NCBI GenBank assembly: GCA_964518215.1
Contig: CAZFFP010000007.1
Span: 1,121 to 65,120, forward strand
Source of the DNA: an uncultured Chitinophagaceae bacterium
GTDB taxonomy: Bacteria; Bacteroidota; Bacteroidia; Chitinophagales; CAIOSU01
Length of the DNA stretch: 64,000 nt
Direction: 5' to 3'
This document shows positions 8,783-18,261 of this stretch, piece by piece. Below the pieces are notes generated by a model. It was given only the letters and a program-made list of their open reading frames with translations. It searched no databases and had not been told where the DNA came from. The translations under genes were made by a program, and so were the position numbers. Position 1 is the first letter of the stretch; each line of letters begins with the position of its first letter.

Positions 8783-10575
8783 TGGGGCTGCTCCGTAATA
8801 CATATTTTCTTTTGGGTCTTCTTGCAGTAGCATTTTGTCTTTCCTGCGCACAAGTTAAAATGCCCGGGGGCGGACCAAGAGACGAAGAGCCACCAAAAAT
8901 TTTAGCCACTTCGCCCAAAAACCTAAGCATCAATACTAAGCCCGAAAAAATTACTATTCAGTTAGATGAATATTTTCAGTTAGACAATCCCACTCAAAAC
9001 ATCACCTTTTCACCTCCATTAGACAAGACTCCCGAGTTTATCACTAAAGGAAAATCTCTGGTGATTAAGATGCCCAAAGATACTCTTGAAGAAAACACTA
9101 CCTATACCATCAATTTTGGCGCTGCCATCAAAGACAATAATGAAGGTAATATTCAGGACAGCTTTACTTTTGTTTTTTCTACCGGACCGTATATAGATTC
9201 TTTGTTTTTTGCAGGAAAAGTAATTCAGGCAGAAACATGCGAGCCGGAAGAAGGAATGGTGGTCGGTTTGTATAAGTCTCTGGAAGACTCTATAGTGTTC
9301 GAGAAAAAGCCCTTCTATTATGTGAAAACCAGGAAAGACGGCTCTTTTATGCTGAAAAACCTGAAGGGGGGAACCTATAAGCTGTTTGCTTTTAAAGACG
9401 AAAACAGCAATTTTATCAAAGATATGATTGGCGAGCGGATTGCGTTTTTCCCGGAGCCTATCACCATCAGTCCCGATACAAGCATCAGTTATTTGCTGCA
9501 CTCATTCCTCGAAGAGCAGCCCTTCAAAATAAAAGAATTTGACAATAAAGAGCCGGGCAGAATACTCCTCGTGTTCAGCGACCCGCTTCAAAGCATCAAA
9601 ATCAGCTCCGATACTTCTGTTTTTCCGATTGCCGACACCATTCATTATCTGAGCGAGTCTAAGGATTCGTTGTTTCTTTATTATTCGTTTCCGGTTGTAA
9701 AATCATCCAAACTTATTATTGAAGCCAATGGCGCAGAACCCGATAGCCAGTCGTTAAGCTTCAAAACTGTTGATAAAGATTCGTTTTTTGTCGGTATCCC
9801 CACTATTTCCACATATTCGGGCGAGATATCCAGAACAAAAGGCAAGGGGATGTCGGGCGTGTCTGTGGATAAAAAACCAGTATCCACCACTTTATCAATA
9901 GATTTTTTCAGCCCTTTGATTTTCAGACTGAACCGTCCGATTCAATCATTTACCACTCAAAAACTTATCGTAGAGCTAGATTCTGTTGGTATTTCCGATA
10001 CCGGATTTTTATTGGTGCAGACATCACCGGTAGAATTTTCATTATTTCCTCCCGGAAGCAATGCACATTGGGAGCAGGGAAAAGTGTTTAAGCTCAGTTT
10101 TGCCGATAGCTCTTTTGTGGATATTTCGGGAAAAAATAGTCCCGCTATTGAAATCGTGTTGAACATCACTAATCAGGAAGATTACGGAGAGGTCATTATC
10201 CAGATAGATTCTTTAAAAGCCGAAAAGAGCTACTTTACAGAGCTTTTAGGCCCAAAAGGCACCATCGTTTCACGTGAAACGATTGCCGGAAAAACCACCG
10301 CAACCTATAAATACAACAACCTGCTTCCCGGAAGCTATAAGCTGAAAATTATTCAGGATGAAAACCAAAATAATGAGTGGGACACCGGAAATTATCTTCA
10401 AAGCATTCAGCCAGAACCAATTATATATTTTCCTGAAAACATAGATGTTCGTGCTAAGTGGGAAAATGAGGTGAAGTTCAGTTTGAAGAAGCCTAAAAAG
10501 ATAGAAGTGGAAGAGAACGATGTCGAAGAAGACTCCTCAAAAATAATGGATACTGATTCTGACACAGACGAGTAA
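8779..10575 (+). CDS. Ig-like domain lipoprotein with acidic C-terminal tail, function unknown
   Basis: 598 aa. Lipoprotein-type signal LLGLLAVAFCLSCAQ. The start overlaps the mnmG stop (ATGA). The C-terminus is acidic: EVEENDVEEDSSKIMDTDSDTDE. Confidence 0.7.
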   Translation: MMGLLRNTYFLLGLLAVAFCLSCAQVKMPGGGPRDEEPPKILATSPKNLSINTKPEKITIQLDEYFQLDNPTQNITFSPPLDKTPEFITKGKSLVIKMPKDTLEENTTYTINFGAAIKDNNEGNIQDSFTFVFSTGPYIDSLFFAGKVIQAETCEPEEGMVVGLYKSLEDSIVFEKKPFYYVKTRKDGSFMLKNLKGGTYKLFAFKDENSNFIKDMIGERIAFFPEPITISPDTSISYLLHSFLEEQPFKIKEFDNKEPGRILLVFSDPLQSIKISSDTSVFPIADTIHYLSESKDSLFLYYSFPVVKSSKLIIEANGAEPDSQSLSFKTVDKDSFFVGIPTISTYSGEISRTKGKGMSGVSVDKKPVSTTLSIDFFSPLIFRLNRPIQSFTTQKLIVELDSVGISDTGFLLVQTSPVEFSLFPPGSNAHWEQGKVFKLSFADSSFVDISGKNSPAIEIVLNITNQEDYGEVIIQIDSLKAEKSYFTELLGPKGTIVSRETIAGKTTATYKYNNLLPGSYKLKIIQDENQNNEWDTGNYLQSIQPEPIIYFPENIDVRAKWENEVKFSLKKPKKIEVEENDVEEDSSKIMDTDSDTDE

Positions 10576-10653
10576 ATTTCTTAGCGTTGGTAACTGCACA
10601 AGCATTATTTTTATCCCTGTTCAAATTTACTCCCAAGAACATCTTTTCTCTTC

Positions 10654-12564
10654 ATGTGCGGAATAGCCGGAACTATTGTGTTTAATGCCAATGCCGAAAA
10701 GTACTCGGAACAGCTTCATAATGCCACTCGCGCACTCTCCAAAAGAGGTCCCGATGCGCAAAATGTTTTTATTGACAGATGCGCAGCGTTGGGTCATGCA
10801 CGGCTTTCTATTATAGATACTTCCGAAGCGGGCACACAACCCATGAACGACCACACCGGCAGATATGTGATTGTGTTCAACGGAGAAATTTACAACTACC
10901 CCGCACTGAAAAAAGATTTATTGCAAAAAGGCTATGTATTTCACAACAATACAGACACCGAAGTGCTGTTGAATTTATATGCCGAATACGGAACTGATAG
11001 TCTGCAACACCTCAACGGATTTTTCGCTTTTGCCATTTATGACAAAACCAACGAAACGGTTTTTATGGCGCGCGACCGCATGGGCATCAAACCGTTTTTG
11101 TATTACAAAGACGAAACACGATTGGTGTTTGCTTCAGAAATGAAAGCCATTGTTCCCTTCCTCGAAAACAAACAATTGCACACCGAAGCGCTTTATACTT
11201 ATTTACAACTAAACTATACGCCTGCTCCATTCACCATGTTTAAAGGCGTTGAAAAACTATCGCCCGGGCATTATATCACGGCAGATAAAACAGGCTCTTT
11301 TGAAATCAAAAAATATTACAGCGCACAGGAGCCGAAAGAAAAAGAGGCTTCAAAAAACAATATCGGTTACGAAAATGCTCAAGCTCAGTTTGAATTATTG
11401 CTGCGCCAATCGGTTGAAAAAAGATTGATTGCCGATGTGCCTTTAGGCTCATTTCTGAGCGGAGGCATGGACTCATCGGTGATTGCCATGCTGGCAGCAC
11501 AATATTCGCCTAATATCAATACTTTTTCGATTGGTTTTAAAGACGAGCCGTACTTCGATGAAACCTATTTCGCCAATTTGGTTGCCAAAAAAATAAAAAC
11601 AAATCATACGGTTTTTTCATTGTCGAACAATGATTTGTTGCAGCACCTCTTTGACATACTCGATTATCTCGATGACCCTTTTGCCGATTCGTCAGCCATA
11701 GCCGTGTATATATTGTGTAAGGAAACGCGCAACAAAATCACCGTAGCGCTTTCGGGCGATGGAGCAGATGAATTGTTGGGCGGCTACAATAAGCACTATG
11801 CCGAATGGAATGCGCGCAACAGAAAGATACTGAATGCTTTTCTGAAAATTTCATCTCCCGTTTTCGGTTGGTTTCCTCAATCAAGAAATTCATTTTTTTC
11901 GAACAAAGCAAGGCAGCTTTCGCGCTATGCCGGTGGATTGAAAATGACTGCCGCTGAACGCTATTGGCGGTGGTGCGCTTTCACCGATGAAAAAGGCGCG
12001 GGAAATTTTCTTTCAAAAAAAATCAATCAAAATTTAGACTGCGGAAGCTATATGAATTTGAAGCGCAGCTACACCTGTTATATTGACGAACGAAAGGCGA
12101 TGAACGATGTTTTTTATGCCGACCTGCATTTGGTTTTGCCCAACGATATGCTCACGAAAGTGGATTTAATGTCAATGGCAAACAGTCTCGAAGTGCGGGT
12201 GCCTTTCCTCGACCATGAGTTGGTAGATTTTGTTTTCTCTTTGCCTTCGGAATATAAAATCACTTCTAAAGAGCGCAAGAAAATTTTAGCCGACACTTTC
12301 AGAAAACAATTGCCCGAAGAAATTTTCACAAGGGCAAAACATGGATTTGAAGTGCCTTTGCTCAAGTGGTTCAGAAACGAGTTGCGCTCATTAATAGAAG
12401 ACGATTTGCTGAACGACAGATTTGTTTCCGAACAAAATATTTTCAATACTGAAGCCATCAAAAATTTGAAACAAAAACTTTTCTCTTCCAGCCCGGGCGA
12501 TGCGCACGCGCACGTGTGGGCGCTCCTCGTGTTTCAATATTGGTGGAAAAAACATTTCAACTGA
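10654..12564 (+). CDS. asnB: asparagine synthase (glutamine-hydrolysing)
   Basis: 636 aa. N-terminal nucleophile MCGIAG and PP-loop FLSGGMDSSVIA. Confidence 0.92.
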   Translation: MCGIAGTIVFNANAEKYSEQLHNATRALSKRGPDAQNVFIDRCAALGHARLSIIDTSEAGTQPMNDHTGRYVIVFNGEIYNYPALKKDLLQKGYVFHNNTDTEVLLNLYAEYGTDSLQHLNGFFAFAIYDKTNETVFMARDRMGIKPFLYYKDETRLVFASEMKAIVPFLENKQLHTEALYTYLQLNYTPAPFTMFKGVEKLSPGHYITADKTGSFEIKKYYSAQEPKEKEASKNNIGYENAQAQFELLLRQSVEKRLIADVPLGSFLSGGMDSSVIAMLAAQYSPNINTFSIGFKDEPYFDETYFANLVAKKIKTNHTVFSLSNNDLLQHLFDILDYLDDPFADSSAIAVYILCKETRNKITVALSGDGADELLGGYNKHYAEWNARNRKILNAFLKISSPVFGWFPQSRNSFFSNKARQLSRYAGGLKMTAAERYWRWCAFTDEKGAGNFLSKKINQNLDCGSYMNLKRSYTCYIDERKAMNDVFYADLHLVLPNDMLTKVDLMSMANSLEVRVPFLDHELVDFVFSLPSEYKITSKERKKILADTFRKQLPEEIFTRAKHGFEVPLLKWFRNELRSLIEDDLLNDRFVSEQNIFNTEAIKNLKQKLFSSSPGDAHAHVWALLVFQYWWKKHFN

Positions 12565-13781
12565 TGCCGAAAATTCTGAGGATAATCAACAGACTGAATC
12601 TGGGAGGACCGACCTTCAATGCGGCATATTTGACGAAGCATTTAGCGCCCGAATACGAAACGCTTTTATTGGCGGGAATGAAAGACGATTCGGAAGCATC
12701 TTCAGAATTTATTTTGCAAGACATGGGTTTGCAGCCGCGCTATATTTCTGATATGCACCGCAGCATCAATCCGCTCAACGATGTGAAAGCTTTACAGGAA
12801 ATCAAAAAAATAATCCGGGAATTTCGTCCCGACATTGTGCACACACATGCGGCAAAAGCGGGTGCACTGGGACGGCTGGCTGCCAAACAATGCGGGGTTC
12901 CGGTCATTGTGCATACGTTTCACGGGCATGTGTTTCATTCCTATTTCAATCCGCTGAAAACAAAAGTTTTTATTCAAATAGAAAGGTATTTGGCAGGCAT
13001 CAGCACCGGCATTATTGCCATCAGCGAATTGCAAAAAAAAGAACTTTCCGAAACATTTAAAATTTGTGCCGCAGAAAAAATTAAAGTCATTCCATTGGGT
13101 TTCGATTTAGATAAATTTCGAACCAACATGCAAGAGAAGCGTGTGCGGTTTCGCAAAGCATACAATATTACCGATGATGAAATTGCAGTGGGTATTGTAG
13201 GCAGATTGGTTCCCGTAAAAAATCATTCGTTGTTTTTGGAAGCCATTCAGAAAGTTCGCTCTGCAACTAATAAGAGAGTCAGATTTTTTATTGTAGGCGA
13301 TGGCGAGGAGCGTCAGAAAATTGAGGCAAAAGCCACTGCGCTCGGTATAGATTTTATTTCAGAAAATTTTGAACAACAAAGTGCCACACTTACTTTCACT
13401 TCATGGCTCAAAGACATTGACCGCGTGAATGCAGGTGTGGATATCATTGCGCTGACCTCCATGAACGAGGGCACTCCCGTGAGCATAATTGAGGCACAGG
13501 CAGCCGACAAGCCTATTGTATCCACAAGAGTGGGCGGCATGAAAGATATTGTTTCGGAAGGCGAAACCGCACTATTGTCGGAGCCAACAAATAGCGATGC
13601 GTTTTCAAACAATTTGCTCAAAATGATAGAAGACGATGACTTTAGATTTTCGTGCGGCAGTCGTGGCAGCGAAATGGTGATGCAGAAATTCAGCTATCAG
13701 AGATTGGTGAGCGATATGCGGGAGTATTATGATATGCTGTTGATGCAGAAAAAGAAATACCCTCATGCTAACGCTAAATGA
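12564..13781 (+). CDS. glycosyltransferase family 4
   Basis: I use the ATG at 12564, which overlaps the asnB stop (MPKILRIINRLNLGGP...). E-x7-E motif EGTPVSIIEAQ, followed by PIVSTRVGG. Confidence 0.85.
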   Translation: MPKILRIINRLNLGGPTFNAAYLTKHLAPEYETLLLAGMKDDSEASSEFILQDMGLQPRYISDMHRSINPLNDVKALQEIKKIIREFRPDIVHTHAAKAGALGRLAAKQCGVPVIVHTFHGHVFHSYFNPLKTKVFIQIERYLAGISTGIIAISELQKKELSETFKICAAEKIKVIPLGFDLDKFRTNMQEKRVRFRKAYNITDDEIAVGIVGRLVPVKNHSLFLEAIQKVRSATNKRVRFFIVGDGEERQKIEAKATALGIDFISENFEQQSATLTFTSWLKDIDRVNAGVDIIALTSMNEGTPVSIIEAQAADKPIVSTRVGGMKDIVSEGETALLSEPTNSDAFSNNLLKMIEDDDFRFSCGSRGSEMVMQKFSYQRLVSDMREYYDMLLMQKKKYPHANAK

Positions 13782-13787
13782 TTATTT

Positions 13788-14579
13788 TTGCCATATATGA
13801 CAATGAAGTTCATGAAACGCCTGCTTCCAATCTTTTTGCTGCTTTTTTTAATGAGTTCGTGCAAAGTGTTTTTTCCCAACTACCTTTTAAGAGAAACCAA
13901 AGATTTCATGTATTTCGACATGGTCGAGCAGGCGGAAGCTTTTCACACCGTGATGCCGGGCGATTATATTTCGTTTTTTGTAACGCCCATGAGCGGCATG
14001 AGGCTGATTGACCCCTTTGGAGCGGAAGACGGTGCGGGCGGGGGGGCAGGAGCTCAAAGAATGATGATGCAAGGAGCAAATTATTTTGTAAGAGATGACG
14101 GAATTGTTGATTTGCCGGTGCTGGGAGAAGTTTATGTAAAAGGCAAAAATCGCCTCGACCTTGAAAAAGAGCTGCGGGAAAAATTTTCGGTGATTTTTGT
14201 GGATCCATACCTAATTGTTAATGTATCGAACAGAAGAGCTTTTTTAATGGCAGGATTAGGCAACGCGAAAGTAATTCCATTGCCCAGAGAAAATACCACA
14301 TTAGTGGAACTGCTCGCTCTTTCGGGTGGCATTGGCGGGGGGGCAAAATCGCATAAAATCAGAATTATCAGGGGCGATTACAACAACCCAACAATTAAAA
14401 AAATAGACCTTTCTACTATTAAAGGGTTAACAGATGCCAGCACCATCATTTATGCAAATGATTTGATTATTATAGACCCTGTAACCCGAGCAGTGCCTGC
14501 TGTATTGAGAGAAATAACGCCCATACTTACATTGTTAACTACATTAGTCACCTTATCGCTGTTTTACAGGAGGTTTTAG
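13788..14579 (+). CDS. wza: polysaccharide export protein (Wza-like, Poly_export + SLBB)
   Basis: 263 aa. Lipoprotein signal LLLFLMSSCKV, then PGDYISFFV and DGIVDLPVLGEVYVKGKN, typical of Wza/KpsD-type export proteins. Confidence 0.8.
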   Translation: MPYMTMKFMKRLLPIFLLLFLMSSCKVFFPNYLLRETKDFMYFDMVEQAEAFHTVMPGDYISFFVTPMSGMRLIDPFGAEDGAGGGAGAQRMMMQGANYFVRDDGIVDLPVLGEVYVKGKNRLDLEKELREKFSVIFVDPYLIVNVSNRRAFLMAGLGNAKVIPLPRENTTLVELLALSGGIGGGAKSHKIRIIRGDYNNPTIKKIDLSTIKGLTDASTIIYANDLIIIDPVTRAVPAVLREITPILTLLTTLVTLSLFYRRF

Positions 14580-17015
14580 ATGAATTCCAGACCATCATTA
14601 TTAAATGCACTTCAGGAGCTATTGGGGCAGGACATCAATGTTAGTCTGATTGTTTCCAGTTTTAAAAAGAGCATTCTTTGGATTTTATTCTTGCTCATTA
14701 TTGCTATTGTTTCTATTAGTCTCTATTTGCGATACACTTTACCGGTTTACGAATCAACCTTCTCCATTATTTATAAACCGGGAGCCAGCACTGAAGCCTC
14801 TATCATGGGATTTAAAGATGTGCTTTCTACTGCAGAAGAAGATATTGTGCGCGAACTTCAGTTTTTTAAATCAAGAACGTTGTCTGAAGTTGTAGCAGCC
14901 AAGCTTAATTTGCAAGTAAGTTATTTTTTAGAAGGGAAAAGCCGCTTTATTTCCTCCGAAATTTATCGTTCCTCTCCTTTTTTGGTCAATTCAGTAAAAG
15001 TAAAAGACTCTAAAATTTTAGATGTTCCCATTAGTTTCAAGCATGTTGATAACAGAAAGTATGAATTACAATATCAGGTTTCGGGAAAAAATTATTCCGA
15101 AACATTCCCTTACAATTCATCGTTTGAAAATAATTTTTTTGAAATAGAGATTATTCGTTCTCCGACCAATTTTTCAAAAGAAGCCTTTCAAGACAGAAAA
15201 CATTTTTTTGTTATTAACAACATGGAGCGCGTTTACAAGGAAATTAATTCTGGATTAACCGTAACCATGAAAGACAGGAAGACCGCCATCATCAGCTATC
15301 AAAACAACAACCCCAATATTGCCAAAGATATTTTGGAAAATTCTGTGGCAACTTTTCTGGAATTAAATAAAAAAAGAAAATCGGAAAGTGCCGACCAGAT
15401 AATTGCATTTCTCGAAACCAAAATAGATTCTTTCCGAAACGATTTAATGTTGTTTCAGGATTCGCTTCGGCTGTTTAGGATTGAAAATAAATTTATCAAT
15501 CCGGAAAACATGAGCAAGATAGTTTCAGACAACCTGTCGAAACTGGAGTCTCAAAAAATGGATATCGAGTATCGCTTGAAAGTAATTAAATGGTTTGAAG
15601 ATTATATTGATGAAACCAAAGACATCCGCATGCTTTCGGCAATATTGCTGGAAGGAGAAATGCAAAGCCTTAGTTCTGTTATTTCTTCTATTAAAGAATT
15701 GGAATTTCAGCGCGAGAATTTAAGTATGAGCAATACCCGCGAACACCCGCGAATGATTCGTTTGGATAATAAAGCAAACGAATTGCTCAACGAAGTGAAA
15801 ATAAATATTGATAATGCACGAGATAAAATTGCTTTCAAAAGCAGCATACTTGAAGAGCAATACCAAAAAAACATTGCTGAAATGTTTTTGCTGCCGGAAA
15901 AAGAAGCAGAGTATGTTCGCCTCATGAAGAAGCTGAACATGATAGAGGGATATTACAACTTGCTGTTAGATAAGCTTTCTACTTACACCATTTCGAAGCA
16001 GGGCATCGTATCGGATTATATTACGCTCGAAAAAGCCTCCACCGCAATAGAGCCGGTTTCGCCTAAAAAAATTCAGATTTGGCTAATTGGCATCGTTTCG
16101 GTATTTGTGGTGGGGCTGATTATGATTTTGGCAAGATATATATTGCACACTACCATTATCTCTGTTGATGAAATCAGAAGAAGTACCAAGGCTGCTTTTC
16201 TTGGAGTTATACCCACTTATCAAGAAGACATGAAAAACCGTCAAATTGTAGTGAGTGCCACTTCAAAAACCATGATGTCTGAAGCCTTTAGAACCATTCG
16301 GTCTAACATGCAATTCATTGATAATTCGCCCGGACCCAAAGTGATTGCCATTACGTCCTCCATATCGGGCGAAGGAAAAACCTTTTCAGCACTGAATATT
16401 GCTGCCATATTATCGCTTCTGGAAAAGAAAGTAGTGCTTTTGGACTTTGACATGAGAAGACCCCGCCTAAATCAGAGCTTCGATGTTGATAACGATAAGG
16501 GCGTCAGCACCATTCTTATTGGCAGAGACACCTATCAAGAATGTTTGCGAAAAACAGAACTTGAAAATCTGCAATTCATCACTTCCGGACCGATTCCTCC
16601 CAATCCTGCCGAATTAATTTTATCTGCTAACGCCAAAAAATTGATTCAGGATTTGAAACAAAAGTTCGATTATGTAATTGTGGACACGCCCCCCATTGGC
16701 CTGGTTACTGACGGGCTTGAAATGATACAAGGAGCCGACTTCCCGATATATGTGTTTAGAGCAGATTATTCCGACAGGGCATTTATTAATAATCTCGACA
16801 AGCTTATAGACGAAAACAAAGTAAACCATCTTTCATTCATTTTGAACGATGTGGGACGTGGAGTTTCGGGATATTACTATGATAAAAGTTATACTTACAG
16901 TTATTCTTATGGCTATGGTTATGGCGCAGGATATTATGTAGAAGAACCTGCTGCGGGAAAAAAATCAACACTAAGAAAGTTAATTGATATTTTTTCGGGA
17001 GAAAAGAATAAATAG
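14580..17015 (+). CDS. wzc: chain-length determinant / BY-kinase (Wzc-like)
   Basis: 811 aa. Two TM segments flank a large coiled periplasmic domain. Walker A SSISGEGKTFSALN, Walker B-like VIVDTPP, and a C-terminal Tyr cluster YYYDKSYTYSYSYGYGYGAGYY. Confidence 0.88.
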   Translation: MNSRPSLLNALQELLGQDINVSLIVSSFKKSILWILFLLIIAIVSISLYLRYTLPVYESTFSIIYKPGASTEASIMGFKDVLSTAEEDIVRELQFFKSRTLSEVVAAKLNLQVSYFLEGKSRFISSEIYRSSPFLVNSVKVKDSKILDVPISFKHVDNRKYELQYQVSGKNYSETFPYNSSFENNFFEIEIIRSPTNFSKEAFQDRKHFFVINNMERVYKEINSGLTVTMKDRKTAIISYQNNNPNIAKDILENSVATFLELNKKRKSESADQIIAFLETKIDSFRNDLMLFQDSLRLFRIENKFINPENMSKIVSDNLSKLESQKMDIEYRLKVIKWFEDYIDETKDIRMLSAILLEGEMQSLSSVISSIKELEFQRENLSMSNTREHPRMIRLDNKANELLNEVKINIDNARDKIAFKSSILEEQYQKNIAEMFLLPEKEAEYVRLMKKLNMIEGYYNLLLDKLSTYTISKQGIVSDYITLEKASTAIEPVSPKKIQIWLIGIVSVFVVGLIMILARYILHTTIISVDEIRRSTKAAFLGVIPTYQEDMKNRQIVVSATSKTMMSEAFRTIRSNMQFIDNSPGPKVIAITSSISGEGKTFSALNIAAILSLLEKKVVLLDFDMRRPRLNQSFDVDNDKGVSTILIGRDTYQECLRKTELENLQFITSGPIPPNPAELILSANAKKLIQDLKQKFDYVIVDTPPIGLVTDGLEMIQGADFPIYVFRADYSDRAFINNLDKLIDENKVNHLSFILNDVGRGVSGYYYDKSYTYSYSYGYGYGAGYYVEEPAAGKKSTLRKLIDIFSGEKNK

Positions 17016-17025
17016 CAAGAAAACC

Positions 17026-18135
17026 ATGGATACATTTTCCTACAATAGCATATTTTATCTTATATTTTTTGGTGTAGCAATCATCTTTTCACTGCTCATC
17101 AATTTCCTGATATTGCGTTTTTCCACAAATCTCGGTGTGAGAAATATGCCCGATACCGGGCAAATCAGATGGGGCTCTGCTTCAAAGCCTTCGTTGGGTG
17201 GCTTTTCTTTTTATATCGTTTTTCTAATGTCTATTTCAACGCTAGGAATTTTTCCCGATGAAGACAGTAATTTTTTCAACAAACAATTGGTAGGGCTGAT
17301 GTCAGCATCGAGCCTTGGTTTTCTTCTGGGCTTGGCAGACGATGCGTTTAATACGAATCCTTTAGTAAAATTCATCGGACAATTTACTTGCGCCAGCTTA
17401 CTCATACTTACCGGTTTTTTAATTAAAGCAACGCCCATGCCCGAATTGAACTATCTAATTACCATTATATGGGTCATTGGGTTAATGAATTCCATTAATA
17501 TGCTCGACAATATGGATGGAATTACAGCAGGTACTTCTGCAAGTATTATTATTGGAGGTATTGTATTGATTCTTTCCGACCATGGAGTAAACAATGTTTT
17601 TCTGATTGTTATGTTGGGCGTGCTGGGAGCGCTGGTGGGCTTTTTGTTTTTCAACTGGCACCCTTCAAAAATGTATATGGGCGACACCGGAAGCCAGTTT
17701 CTCGGAGTTTTTTTGGCGGGCATTTCTATTTTGTTTTTTTGGAACTACCGTCAGGATGAAATTTCTGTAATAGATTTCAGACAGTTTTTATTTCCCGCGT
17801 TGTTGTTTATAGTTCCATTGGTTGATACCGGAACAGTATTTATCAGAAGGCTTATGAGAAGGCAATCTCCGTTTGTTGGCGGCAAAGATCATACCACACA
17901 CCACTTAGCTTATTTGGGATTGTCCGATAGTATAGTTGCTTTGGTCTTTATTTTTCTTTCATTGCTTTCGGTGGCTTTTGTTTATTTCTTGTATAATAAG
18001 TTTGAAGTTTGGGACAACACCTATACTTTAATGGGTTTTGCCTATTTCTTTTTTATTTTCATAATCATGCAGGTGTTGTATAATATAGGTAAGAAAAAGA
18101 ACGAAATTTCATTGAAACAAACGGGTTTAAATTAA
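17026..18135 (+). CDS. polyprenyl-phosphate N-acetylhexosamine-1-phosphate transferase (WecA/MraY family, initiating transferase)
   Basis: I use the ATG at 17026 (MDTFSYNS), after the wzc stop at 17013-17015. Motifs NMLDNMDGI and FNWHPSKMYMGDTGSQFLG. About 10 TM helices. Confidence 0.85.
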   Translation: MDTFSYNSIFYLIFFGVAIIFSLLINFLILRFSTNLGVRNMPDTGQIRWGSASKPSLGGFSFYIVFLMSISTLGIFPDEDSNFFNKQLVGLMSASSLGFLLGLADDAFNTNPLVKFIGQFTCASLLILTGFLIKATPMPELNYLITIIWVIGLMNSINMLDNMDGITAGTSASIIIGGIVLILSDHGVNNVFLIVMLGVLGALVGFLFFNWHPSKMYMGDTGSQFLGVFLAGISILFFWNYRQDEISVIDFRQFLFPALLFIVPLVDTGTVFIRRLMRRQSPFVGGKDHTTHHLAYLGLSDSIVALVFIFLSLLSVAFVYFLYNKFEVWDNTYTLMGFAYFFFIFIIMQVLYNIGKKKNEISLKQTGLN

Positions 18136-18192
18136 ACCTTCATCAGCATTTTATTTTTATTGCAAGCATTGATTGCTAAAGCGGGCCGTTTT

Positions 18193-18208
18193 AATGATAA
18201 ATATCATT
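18193..18208. promoter_or_regulatory. palindrome AATGATA-AA-TATCATT upstream of the first dioxygenase gene
   Basis: Read directly from the sequence. Candidate operator. Confidence 0.25.
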
Positions 18209-18225
18209 GAATTAATCAGTTCTCA

Positions 18226-18253
18226 TTTTGTAACTTAGATGTTAGTTACAAAA
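18226..18253 (+). promoter_or_regulatory. inverted repeat TTTTGTAACT-(8 nt)-AGTTACAAAA ending 8 nt before the ATG at 18262
   Basis: Perfect 10-bp arms (18226-18235 and 18244-18253), read directly. It could be an operator or an mRNA hairpin at the translation start. Confidence 0.35.
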
Positions 18254-18261
18254 TTTTAAAA

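Noticed and set aside
12500-14208. Short overlapping ORFs (12500-12751 +, 13778-14011 +, 13887-14208 -) around the GT4 and wza-like genes
   Set aside because: They are all out-of-frame overlaps of well-supported genes with no motifs of their own.
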